Sequence record: NC_019401.1
DNA: 64,000 nucleotides
Direction: 5' to 3' (one strand)
How positions within the stretch are numbered: the stretch's first letter is position 1; each line of letters opens with the position of its first letter. Both the position numbers and the translations under genes were made by a program. The notes beneath the pieces were generated by a model. That model did no database searches, was not told the DNA's origin, and saw only the letters and a program-made list of their open reading frames with translations. This document shows positions 18,803-28,031 of this stretch, one piece after another.

Positions 18803-19942
18803 TTAAATATTGTCTTCGATTGGCGTAATTGGAAGTTGTTTCGCGATTGTAACGATAATAGTCATTAACCCTACTTCACTATTATTAACGGATTCGTTAA
18901 AGATACACGAAAGAATTTCTTCAGTACTGCTTATTTCGTGGTTAACTTCATCAACAATATATCGTTGTACCCTGTTAATATCGAAATAATCTGGTGGAGC
19001 GATAACAGTACCATCGATTTCAGATTGTGCTGTGCCACCAAATCTAACTGTCAACTCATTCACAACTGAATCATATGCATTTTGAATATCAACTTCAATT
19101 CTTGTTACTAGATAACCAGCGGGTACTTTACCAATAACAAGTAATGCGTTTTCGTAAGATGTATCTATTACGTTTTTAATTGCATAAATGTTATTTGCAT
19201 CTGAACCAGGATCACCTTTAATACCTTTGTCACCATCTTCACCTTTTGGGCCACGGAATAAAATTCCTTGACTCCATGCTTTTTGTTTAACTGGACCATT
19301 TTGAACTTCTTCAACATAGTACAAGAATCCGGTATCAGTTTTATAAAAAGTATATCCAGTATCGAGATTTTCAATAGCTGGGAAAACATCATCTTGAAGA
19401 TCAATTTTAAAACGACCCTGAAGACCTTGCAAACCACGCCATTGATATGGAGCAGACCATGAAGTACTATCTAAGTCATATACAAAAATTTGACCAGTAA
19501 CTGTATCTAAGAACGTATAGTTATCAAATAATCCAGTAGTTGGCTTCGTAGTGCCTTGTGAATCGATATGGAATGGAGAACCCATTTCACCTTGTTGACC
19601 TTTACCAAATGGAGCACTTACCCAAGTAGCAGTTGGTTCATTCGCAGCATTACTTTTAAAATAAAGTGTTGGAACAGTTTGTGTTGAATTGATAGCTAGG
19701 CTAAGGTAAGACCATCCAATATCTTTATCTAAGTTAAATGTAGCGTCTGGAATATCGAAACCTGCATCATTCGGATAAAAATTAGTACCGTTTGCACCAT
19801 CATGACCAACAACTAAACCTAGATCTTCAATCGTATTATCGTCGTATGTAACAATCAAATGACCAGCATTGTTGATCACTAAACTCTTAATACCAGAACA
19901 ATTACATGAAGATGAAGATCCATTATTTAATGAAATTGTCAT
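18803..19942 (-). CDS. Putative structural/fibre protein with short collagen-like G-X-Y segments
   Basis: GPKGEDGDKGIKGDPG, GKGQQGEMG and GLQGLQG triplets. Confidence 0.75.
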   Translation of the reverse strand: MTISLNNGSSSSCNCSGIKSLVINNAGHLIVTYDDNTIEDLGLVVGHDGANGTNFYPNDAGFDIPDATFNLDKDIGWSYLSLAINSTQTVPTLYFKSNAANEPTATWVSAPFGKGQQGEMGSPFHIDSQGTTKPTTGLFDNYTFLDTVTGQIFVYDLDSTSWSAPYQWRGLQGLQGRFKIDLQDDVFPAIENLDTGYTFYKTDTGFLYYVEEVQNGPVKQKAWSQGILFRGPKGEDGDKGIKGDPGSDANNIYAIKNVIDTSYENALLVIGKVPAGYLVTRIEVDIQNAYDSVVNELTVRFGGTAQSEIDGTVIAPPDYFDINRVQRYIVDEVNHEISSTEEILSCIFNESVNNSEVGLMTIIVTIAKQLPITPIEDNI

Positions 19943-19977
19943 AGTTCATTCCTTTTTATGTTATGTCATATTACAAA

Positions 19978-20016
19978 TATTTATCGTCTATTTTTAGTAT
20001 AGCGGTGCTATAAATA
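19978..20016. promoter_or_regulatory. Divergent pair of late promoters
   Basis: GATAAATA on the - strand (19978-19985) and TATAAATA on the + strand (20009-20016). Confidence 0.7.
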
Positions 20017-20046
20017 AGTAAAAGTTCATAAAGAGGGCTAAAGACA

Positions 20047-20544
20047 ATGGCTTTAAGATCAAAGAATTTTCTTTTTAGAAGAATTGACAAAAGCGGTAAA
20101 GAAATGGATTTCCAAGATACTGACTCATGGTACAGTACTAATAATGATTATCATTGGAATGAAGTGTCGCTTCCGCTCGCTGCTGGCGGTTATTATGGAA
20201 GTACTTCTGGATTACACACAATTGCGTTCACATTACGTAACTTCATTGGACGAATTTATGTTGAAGCAACTTTAGCAAGTAATCCTACCGAGGCAGATTG
20301 GTTCCCAATCATCTTTAAAGAAAGTTGCAAATTTTACATAGAATTTACTGATACAGTTATCTACAATCCTAATTCCGAGAAAACCATATATCAACATGGT
20401 ACTACTGGAACATTTGCAGAAAACGTAGTTGGTAATTTCACATACTTGCGTGTTGGTGTTAGTAGAGATTATATTAGTGTAGAACCTACTGAATTACAAA
20501 AAACATTAGCAGGTAAATTAGAAGAAATTCAAATTAATTACTAA
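20047..20544 (+). CDS. Hypothetical (putative structural) protein
   Basis: 165-aa ORF behind a late promoter; SD GAGG. Confidence 0.8.
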   Translation: MALRSKNFLFRRIDKSGKEMDFQDTDSWYSTNNDYHWNEVSLPLAAGGYYGSTSGLHTIAFTLRNFIGRIYVEATLASNPTEADWFPIIFKESCKFYIEFTDTVIYNPNSEKTIYQHGTTGTFAENVVGNFTYLRVGVSRDYISVEPTELQKTLAGKLEEIQINY

Positions 20545-20554
20545 GGGATTAGAA

Positions 20555-21163
20555 ATGAATAACAAAACAGAATTACCAAGACTATTTGTTAAAGGGCATG
20601 TACTAATTACCGATATTACTGATCCTGATAATGTATCAATAGTTGTTGATAAATCTAACGCAATCCATCCTGAAAATATGAGCCAAGCAATTGCAAATGC
20701 ATTGGCTGCAAATGTGGATTCATTAGGTATTAGTTTAGGTGCTATCTCTGAAATGAGATTTGGTAACGGCGGTACGGTTGTCCTAAGTACTGGTCGTGTA
20801 ACTTATAAAACCCCAAGAATTAGTTCATTCGGTGGACTATATTCAGAAACATATTCAAAGAAAATCAATGCTAACGTAAACGCTGGTGTTGAATCTGAAT
20901 ACAATAATGTTAGTACTGTTCACATTCCAGGGCAAGTATATACTGATATTGTATGTCTATGTACACTTGGTTTAGGTGAACCATCTGACCAAAATGTTAG
21001 TTCAACAACTGACATGGAAGGTAATTACGTATTTGATGAGCTAGGTTTATATACTGATGGTTCATCAGGAATTGCCCTTTCTCATATTATTTTCCACCCT
21101 GTGGAAAAAAGTGCTAACCGTATTCTACAGATTAAGTATACAGTACGAGTACAGTTACAATAA
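20555..21163 (+). CDS. Putative baseplate/tail structural protein
   Basis: 202 aa; FDELGL...HIIFHPVEKSANR...I.Y C-terminus resembles baseplate/fibre-collar proteins. Confidence 0.65.
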   Translation: MNNKTELPRLFVKGHVLITDITDPDNVSIVVDKSNAIHPENMSQAIANALAANVDSLGISLGAISEMRFGNGGTVVLSTGRVTYKTPRISSFGGLYSETYSKKINANVNAGVESEYNNVSTVHIPGQVYTDIVCLCTLGLGEPSDQNVSSTTDMEGNYVFDELGLYTDGSSGIALSHIIFHPVEKSANRILQIKYTVRVQLQ

Positions 21164-21173
21164 GAGGTGATGA

Positions 21174-22283
21174 ATGATTAACTATATTATCAAGCGTAGT
21201 AATGGAAAAATCTATGCTTCAATTCCAAATAACGTAATACTTGGCCCAAACCAACCTAACGCGAATCCAGTACCTATTAACTTACTAGGTCGTGATAAAG
21301 TTGGATATGGTCAAGAACTAAACGAAAACTTTTTATGGCTTGCAGAAAACTTTGCTGGTCAAGAAAGACCAAAAGGTTCTGTTCCAGGACAATTGTGGTA
21401 CAGAAATACTTCAGGAACTGGTGAATTATTAATTTCATTAGTTGATTCTGCTAGACAGCCTGATAACACAAATCCAAGTACTGAATTAGATTGGGCTAGT
21501 ATCCCAATGATTACATTGTTCAATACCGTACCAGATGGTGATACTTCAATCATGGGTCGTATGGTATTAACCAATAACGGCGATTCGTTGAAAGTACTGA
21601 TGAAGAACAAAGAATGGCGTGAAATTCAAACAACACGTCCAATCAATAAGCAATATGAATCATTACTTGATATTAACTACGATACTGGTACTAAGTATAT
21701 TGCATTTACCCAAGACGTTCCAACAAAAACTATCTCATTCTTTAATTTAGGTGGTGCAAGTATTACTGATGCGAATGGTTGGGTAACTTTCCAAAATGGT
21801 GAAAGTGTTCTTCAGTTCGGGTCGAACTATTTTTATGAGTTGAAAGTAATGGGTCGGATTGTGAATACTGATGCAACGACTGGTGAAGTTGTTCCATTCC
21901 CTAGTGTCTATAATTCATGGATTATTCGTGGTTCGTTTTATGTAGATAACAAAGGTGTCATCGTTCCGGGTGATGTAACTGCAAATCAAATTCCAGATCC
22001 TAGAAAGATTGCACAATTAACTCAAATTGTTGATACCATCGATAGTGAAGATCTTACATGGTCAGTGAATGTTGCTATTAACGGACCAGATGTGACTTTA
22101 CCTAGTGCAAATGGCTTGACAAAAACTGATTACAATAATTATGTAACAGCGTCATTGAATAGTAAAAAACATTTAGGTTTTAGAATTGACGTTACGGTTT
22201 CAGATTTGAACCCAGGACAAACAACGCTAACACAATGGTCAGCGTTGCTTCAGTTGACAGGTATACCACCAGTTGGGGTATAA
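21174..22283 (+). CDS. Putative baseplate/fibre attachment protein
   Basis: N-terminal L.L.GR...GYGQ.LNENF..LAENFA....P....GQLWY motif of phage structural proteins. Confidence 0.65.
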   Translation: MINYIIKRSNGKIYASIPNNVILGPNQPNANPVPINLLGRDKVGYGQELNENFLWLAENFAGQERPKGSVPGQLWYRNTSGTGELLISLVDSARQPDNTNPSTELDWASIPMITLFNTVPDGDTSIMGRMVLTNNGDSLKVLMKNKEWREIQTTRPINKQYESLLDINYDTGTKYIAFTQDVPTKTISFFNLGGASITDANGWVTFQNGESVLQFGSNYFYELKVMGRIVNTDATTGEVVPFPSVYNSWIIRGSFYVDNKGVIVPGDVTANQIPDPRKIAQLTQIVDTIDSEDLTWSVNVAINGPDVTLPSANGLTKTDYNNYVTASLNSKKHLGFRIDVTVSDLNPGQTTLTQWSALLQLTGIPPVGV

Positions 22284-22284
22284 T

Positions 22285-22752
22285 TTAGAAATAATATGGC
22301 AGACTGTTTTCGAATGGTCTGCCATTTTTTATTGATTCCCAAAGAGAATTAAAATCCGTTACAATGTTAGTATTGTACAGAGTACTTTTAGCTCCTGGGT
22401 GAAGTGGTTTAGGCCAGTTTCCTATTTTAACCCACGAAAAACCAGCACTTTCATCATTCAGTTCCGGTATAAATTCATCCGGTACTACAACAATAAAAGA
22501 GTAATATCTGAACTTTTCGTTTTTAGTACAGAAAACATCAAAAGGAATTATATCTTCAATTGGGGGAACTGAATCCCCCAATTCTTCTGCGATTTCTCTA
22601 TACAGAGCTTCAATTGCAGTTTCATCGTTTTCAATCTTACCACCAACGAAGCCCCAATTATTTGAGTACGTAACCGTCTCAGAACGTAAATTTAGCATCA
22701 TACGTCCAGTACGTTTTGATAAAAATATAGCTCCTACTGCTTCGTTTGTCAT
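22285..22752 (-). CDS. Nudix hydrolase
   Basis: Nudix box GGKIENDETAIEALYREIAEELG. Confidence 0.92.
   Translation of the reverse strand: MTNEAVGAIFLSKRTGRMMLNLRSETVTYSNNWGFVGGKIENDETAIEALYREIAEELGDSVPPIEDIIPFDVFCTKNEKFRYYSFIVVVPDEFIPELNDESAGFSWVKIGNWPKPLHPGAKSTLYNTNIVTDFNSLWESIKNGRPFENSLPYYF
22296..22331 (+). terminator. Intrinsic terminator with UUCG loop, overlapping the 3' end of the Nudix gene
   Basis: ATGGCAGACTGTT-TTCG-AATGGTCTGCCAT followed by a T-run. Confidence 0.8.
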
Positions 22753-22762
22753 AATCTATTCC

Positions 22763-24100
22763 TTAAACGCTTTTAAATGCGATTCTCCAATAACCTTGTC
22801 TGTATTTGTTCATCACAGATTGATGCCAACCCACGACTTCGTTATATTTGTAAAAATGTGTATCATCTGAATTGTAAATGTAGTTAGATACTGTATCAAG
22901 ATCGATAATTGTAGCTTTGTCATTTTCAATTTTGAATAAACCATTTGGCTTAATCGTAGTTCCTTTATATTCAATGTCATGTTCAGCAATGTTAATGAAC
23001 ATTTGTTCAGGTAATGCATTAAGCAACTGAGTACTTTCTGTTACAAATGATTGAATTGCGTAATCCACAATATATGAAGAAGTATCAACTTGAACTACCA
23101 TTTTGTTTGGTTCATCAGTTGTTGCACGTTGAATCACATCACCACGAATAGGATTTGTTTCTTCTATACCTTGCTGGAATTTGATATATAAATCTTTATC
23201 TTCGAAATCTGGATCGAGATATTTTAAATATCTATCCCATGAATAGATTTTACCATTAGATGATAATGGATTAAGACTAGAGCTAACTAGTGTTAATACA
23301 TACGTTTCTGAATTATTAGTATTATCAATTCTATCAACCAATATGCACATATTTTTTGGCGTATACACATCAGTAATTGCATCAGTATAGTTTTCTAAAT
23401 CAATTTCAAATTCATCTTTAGCAGTATTAATATTGGTAACAATCTGTTGAATAAGTTTAGCTTGTTTAACATTAGCTGGTAGGCTTAGCCATATTGGACA
23501 TTCAAATGTTAGTACCATAATATCTAAATCAGTATCAGTTCCTTGTGGAAATCCTCTAGTACTGAATTGGCAATCAGTTAATTCTACATCAACTGCACTA
23601 GTCCAATCAAGAGGATTTTCAGACATTTGTAATGTTACTGATGGGTTAAACAATGTAGCAATTTGTTCAAACAACTCCATCTTATTAGTTAATGTGGTTG
23701 TCCATATATTCACATTGAATGTTAATTTCCAAGGAGTTGGGTTATAACGAGTTATTTGATATTGTTTATCAAGCTCGTCAACATATTCATTTTCTGCTGG
23801 ACTTTTGTTTGTTCCCATTACAGTAGTGTGTGAAGCAGGAGCACGTAAGTTAGGGCGGTCAAATTTTAATGACTGCACATTAATTGTTATCATTGGTGTT
23901 GATGGCATAACGTTTTCTGAGTTACCTGCAATAATATATGCAGCTAGTCTAGATATATCAGCGTACCTAGCAGGAACGGATTTATATTTGGGCTTTCCAT
24001 CTTCATCTACACCATTTCTTACTTGAAATTCACCAAATACTCTGATAAGGTGTTTCAAGAGACGGCGAAATTGACCGTCATAGTAGTAGTTTATTTTCAT
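22763..24100 (-). CDS. Tail terminator / sheath stabiliser (T4 gp15-like) with C-terminal extension
   Basis: N-terminal YYYDGQFRRLLKHLIRVF resembles gp15 YFYNSSFRRY; PTPWKLTFNVNIW and EQI...FNP motifs. Confidence 0.75.
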   Translation of the reverse strand: MKINYYYDGQFRRLLKHLIRVFGEFQVRNGVDEDGKPKYKSVPARYADISRLAAYIIAGNSENVMPSTPMITINVQSLKFDRPNLRAPASHTTVMGTNKSPAENEYVDELDKQYQITRYNPTPWKLTFNVNIWTTTLTNKMELFEQIATLFNPSVTLQMSENPLDWTSAVDVELTDCQFSTRGFPQGTDTDLDIMVLTFECPIWLSLPANVKQAKLIQQIVTNINTAKDEFEIDLENYTDAITDVYTPKNMCILVDRIDNTNNSETYVLTLVSSSLNPLSSNGKIYSWDRYLKYLDPDFEDKDLYIKFQQGIEETNPIRGDVIQRATTDEPNKMVVQVDTSSYIVDYAIQSFVTESTQLLNALPEQMFINIAEHDIEYKGTTIKPNGLFKIENDKATIIDLDTVSNYIYNSDDTHFYKYNEVVGWHQSVMNKYRQGYWRIAFKSV

Positions 24101-25593
24101 TTTTTATCCTTTTTTCTATAAACGATATTTGGTTTAACAACGTCTTGAATAGAAACCCTATCAGGACTATTGATGAAGTTTGTTTGTTCTTGGTTAGCAC
24201 CAGTCCAAGGTAAGCGTCCACCATAGTTAAATTGTGACCATGAAGATTTCTCTGCACTATATTTCCATAGAGTTACTGGAACATAGTCAGTACGGTAAAA
24301 ATAAGAACCATCTTCAGGATCACTTGGGAACATAGTACCGCTATTTTCGTCGGTTTGTGTTGGTGGAATTCCTTCTCTCATATCATCATGTGCCGTTCTG
24401 TTCGCCGCAATATCTTTAGTGGTAAATGGAACATCGCTATGTGATTCTGGTGGAATTACCCAAGTAACACCATCATCTTCAACTTGATACAACTGCGGTT
24501 TATGGTAATAACAATAAAAATCATCAGCATCATCTGGAACTTCGTGTTCATCAGTGAATGGAAGTATACAATTTAGCCATTTTTTATCGCTTAAATAGTA
24601 TTGATACAACGAATATCCTGAAACACTTGCTGGATCTTCAAGGAAGAAAAATGAGAAATCATTTGCCTTTCTAGGTAGTTTGTTTCCATATTGTGTATCA
24701 ACAATAACCCAATTACCATCGGTATCTTTTTCATAAAGTACTGGTAATGTTTGTTTTATAAAGAACATGTTCTTTGATGGGTTGACTGGAAATTCATAAC
24801 CACTGATGATATATCTTGCTAACTCATTAATGTCAGAAATGTCATCGTAAATGTGTTCATTAGTCCAGTGTATATAAGGTACTTCAGAGTCTGCTTGTTG
24901 AATAATTCTATTCATAATATCAAGTTCAGTTTGACCAGTACTGTTTCCGCCACCTGAGCCATTACCGTTTCCGTTATTTGGATCATTTGGATTATCAGGG
25001 AAGTGATTATTATCTGGATCTGTAATTTCTGAAAACTCAGGGGAATCTGTTAATGGTTTAACCCGTAATTTAAAAATGTGGTGCTGCCATGTTGCGGAAT
25101 AACCCTCTGAAGTTCTAAATGCATCCTGAACAACATAAAAACGGTTCAAACCCACATCACGACCGATAACGTCAAAATCTCGTAGGTTTGGTAGTTCGAT
25201 AACATCGCCAGGCATGATTTTTCTTCCCACACGCTGCATCATTGTGTTATAATGAACTGTTATGTCCATCGTATCGAAATTAAAAAACAAACCTGGTATT
25301 TTTAGGTCTGGTGTAGCTTCTTGCACTTGATAAACAGCAGGAAGTGTGATAGCTTGAACGTTGTAGGAACGTTGTGTGACTTCACCGAAAACATAGTCAC
25401 TTAAACTTGACAAGGTACTATTTTCGATGGTATAATCGGGTAAAGTTTGGTCAGTACTTCCTTCATTGCCTTTTGGACCCTGATATGTATACAACCACAT
25501 ATCAACCCCACCAATGTTGTATTGTTCAGCAATGGCTTTATCAATGAAGTTGTAGTCATTAGTTCGACCTTTTTTCCACATTCTATAAGACAT
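24097..25593 (-). CDS. Neck / head-closure protein (T4 gp14-like) with long C-terminal extension
   Basis: D..I.EQ..IGG...Y.Y N-terminus; PGD.I.LP and FYVVQ motifs; ATG at 25593 with SD GGAG. Confidence 0.7.
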   Translation of the reverse strand: MSYRMWKKGRTNDYNFIDKAIAEQYNIGGVDMWLYTYQGPKGNEGSTDQTLPDYTIENSTLSSLSDYVFGEVTQRSYNVQAITLPAVYQVQEATPDLKIPGLFFNFDTMDITVHYNTMMQRVGRKIMPGDVIELPNLRDFDVIGRDVGLNRFYVVQDAFRTSEGYSATWQHHIFKLRVKPLTDSPEFSEITDPDNNHFPDNPNDPNNGNGNGSGGGNSTGQTELDIMNRIIQQADSEVPYIHWTNEHIYDDISDINELARYIISGYEFPVNPSKNMFFIKQTLPVLYEKDTDGNWVIVDTQYGNKLPRKANDFSFFFLEDPASVSGYSLYQYYLSDKKWLNCILPFTDEHEVPDDADDFYCYYHKPQLYQVEDDGVTWVIPPESHSDVPFTTKDIAANRTAHDDMREGIPPTQTDENSGTMFPSDPEDGSYFYRTDYVPVTLWKYSAEKSSWSQFNYGGRLPWTGANQEQTNFINSPDRVSIQDVVKPNIVYRKKDKK

Positions 25594-25624
25594 ATTCTTA
25601 ATCTCCAAAAAGAAATTTATAACG

Positions 25625-25632
25625 TATTTATT
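25625..25632 (-). promoter_or_regulatory. T4-type late promoter (AATAAATA)
   Basis: TATTTATT upstream of the neck gene. Confidence 0.7.
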
Positions 25633-25634
25633 TT

Positions 25635-25663
25635 TGGAACGACATAAAAAAATGTGCTATAAT
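25635..25663 (+). promoter_or_regulatory. Early/middle-type promoter TGGAAC-N17-TATAAT
   Basis: TGGAAC 25635-25640 and TGTGCTATAAT 25653-25663. Confidence 0.8.
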
Positions 25664-25698
25664 GTATAAGTGCAGACAATTTAACGAAGGAGAGCACA

Positions 25699-27993
25699 AT
25701 GAGCTTTAGTTTCGAAGATTTTTATCAAGAAGGCGAATCCCTAGCACGTTCTATGGGTCATACAATTATGACTGTAGATCATTTGACTGCGGTTGCCCTT
25801 GATGTTCCAAGCATCGTTGAGTTCTTGGAAGATATTAATGTCGATGCAGTAAAACTTAAAAAACGTATTACCGATTTTCTTCAAAATACTGAAGCGGCAG
25901 TTCTGCCATATTCAGTTGAAGAACAACTTGGTGAAAATATGACTCCTGTTTCCTCCATGATGACTAAAATCATGGTTGAACTACAAAAGAAAGCAGTTAT
26001 CGAACAACTAAAAGAAAATGATTATACAATTCAAGCGTATTTCATTTTGTTTGAATGTCTGTCTTTCCCATATACTGCATTAGATACTGCCCTAGATGAA
26101 CTAGGTTTAAGCCGTACTTCTGTAGCACGTGAACTTCAGAACTATATTCACAGCCGTGATTACGAAGTTGATCTTCGTAGCAGTACTGCTGATGAAGAAT
26201 CACAGCCAGAAGAAAAACCTTCTACTTATGAGCGTAAAACTCGTAAGCGTGATGATAGCAAACGTGGTATTGAAGCATATACAACTAACCTAACTGATCT
26301 TGCAGCAGAAGGTAAACTTGATCCACTAATTGGTCGCGAAACTGAACTTGATGATCTAATTCAGATTCTTTCTCGTAAAACCAAAAAGAATGGTGCGTTA
26401 GTTGGTGAACCAGGTGTTGGTAAAACACAAATCGTTGACGGATTAGCACAACGCATCGCTAATGGTGATGTTCCAGATTCTATGAAAGATGTTGAAATTC
26501 TTTCTTTGAATATGGGTGCATTTACTGCTGGTACTAAGTATCGTGGTGAATTCGAAGAACGTGTAGACAATTTGCTACAAGAACTAAAAGAACGCGATGA
26601 TGTTATTCTGTTCATCGATGAAATCCATACTATTATGGGTGCTGGTGCGACTGGCGGCGGTTCTTTGGATATGAGCAATATGTTAAAACCTGCTCTATCT
26701 CGCGGTGAAATTCGTGTCATCGGTGCAACAACCTACGATGAATATCGTAAACACATTGAAAAAGATGCAGCACTACAGCGTCGTTTCATGAAGGTTGATA
26801 TTGTTGAACCGACACTTGAAGAAACTCGCCAGATTGTACTTGGTGTTAAAAGTACTTTTGAGAAGTTCCATAGCACTAGCTATTCCGATGATGCTATTGC
26901 AGCAGTACTAGAACTTTCTAATAAGTTTCTAAAGAATAAACGTTTCCCTGATAAAGCTATCGATCTTCTTGATGCAGCAGGTGCACGTAACCGTACTAAA
27001 GAAACACCAGCAAAACAAGTTACTCGCTCTGATATTGAAAACGAAGTAGCTCGTGTTGCAAACTTACCACTTGAAGTAGTGGCATGTGAAGAAAGTGAAC
27101 GTATGCTTTCTTTGGGTGATAATCTTCGTAAACGTGTGTTTGGTCAGGATGAAGCAATTGAAAAACTAGTCGAAAACGTTATGGTTGCTCGTGCTGGTCT
27201 TCGTGGTGAAAGTACTATTCAAGGTGCGTTCATGTTTGTCGGACCATCTGGTACTGGTAAAACCGAAATTTCCAAAGCACTTGCTGATGCAATGGGTCAG
27301 GAACTAATTCGTTTCGATATGTCCGAATATGCACAAGAACATAACGTTTCTAAACTTATTGGTTCGCCTCCAGGTTATGTAGGTCATGACTCTGGTAATG
27401 GTATGCTACTTGATAAAATTGAAGCACATCCTAACTGTATTTTGCTTCTCGATGAAATTGAGAAAGCACATAAGAAAGTACTTACTACTTTCCTACAGGT
27501 TATGGACGATGGTCGCCTAACTGGTTCTCATGGTAAAACTGTCCACTTCGACAACGTAACCATTATTATGACAACCAACTTAGGTGCTCGTGATTCTTCA
27601 GTGCTATCATTGGGTATGGATTCATCTGGTGATGATGGTATGGATGCTGCTATCAAGCAATATCTTGCACCAGAATTCATCAACCGTATCGATGCTATTG
27701 TGAAGTTTAACGAGCTTGGACACGATACAATTCTAAGTATCGTAGATAAGTTCATTGGTGAACTAAATTCTGATATTGAATCTCGCAACGTCAAAGTTGT
27801 TTTAACTGACGCAGTAAAAGAAGCATTAGCAGAAGAAGGTGTAACTCCTGGCATGGGTGCTCGTCCGATGAAACGTATTATCAACGATAAAATCCGTGTT
27901 CCACTATCGAAAGAGATTCTTTGCGGTTCTCTAAACAAAGGTGGTAATGCATTGTTCGATGTGATCGACGGTGAAATTACGTTAGTAAAATAA
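25699..27993 (+). CDS. clpA: ClpA-like two-NBD AAA+ unfoldase
   Basis: Clp N-domain; GEPGVGKT/FIDEIH; RFPDKAIDLLD; GPSGTGKT/LLDEIEKAH; GARPMKR; no ClpB M-domain. Confidence 0.9.
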   Translation: MSFSFEDFYQEGESLARSMGHTIMTVDHLTAVALDVPSIVEFLEDINVDAVKLKKRITDFLQNTEAAVLPYSVEEQLGENMTPVSSMMTKIMVELQKKAVIEQLKENDYTIQAYFILFECLSFPYTALDTALDELGLSRTSVARELQNYIHSRDYEVDLRSSTADEESQPEEKPSTYERKTRKRDDSKRGIEAYTTNLTDLAAEGKLDPLIGRETELDDLIQILSRKTKKNGALVGEPGVGKTQIVDGLAQRIANGDVPDSMKDVEILSLNMGAFTAGTKYRGEFEERVDNLLQELKERDDVILFIDEIHTIMGAGATGGGSLDMSNMLKPALSRGEIRVIGATTYDEYRKHIEKDAALQRRFMKVDIVEPTLEETRQIVLGVKSTFEKFHSTSYSDDAIAAVLELSNKFLKNKRFPDKAIDLLDAAGARNRTKETPAKQVTRSDIENEVARVANLPLEVVACEESERMLSLGDNLRKRVFGQDEAIEKLVENVMVARAGLRGESTIQGAFMFVGPSGTGKTEISKALADAMGQELIRFDMSEYAQEHNVSKLIGSPPGYVGHDSGNGMLLDKIEAHPNCILLLDEIEKAHKKVLTTFLQVMDDGRLTGSHGKTVHFDNVTIIMTTNLGARDSSVLSLGMDSSGDDGMDAAIKQYLAPEFINRIDAIVKFNELGHDTILSIVDKFIGELNSDIESRNVKVVLTDAVKEALAEEGVTPGMGARPMKRIINDKIRVPLSKEILCGSLNKGGNALFDVIDGEITLVK

Positions 27994-28001
27994 AAACAAA
28001 T

Positions 28002-28030
28002 AAAAAGGGAGCCATATGGCTCCCTTTTTT
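28002..28030. terminator. Bidirectional intrinsic terminator
   Basis: AAAAAGGGAGCC-ATAT-GGCTCCCTTTTT between convergent genes. Confidence 0.9.
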
Positions 28031-28031
28031 G

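Noticed and set aside
25699-27993. Host-derived island or contamination (clpA, thyA)
   Set aside because: Same codon style (CTA, AGTACT), same promoter class and same terminator family as the flanking phage genes
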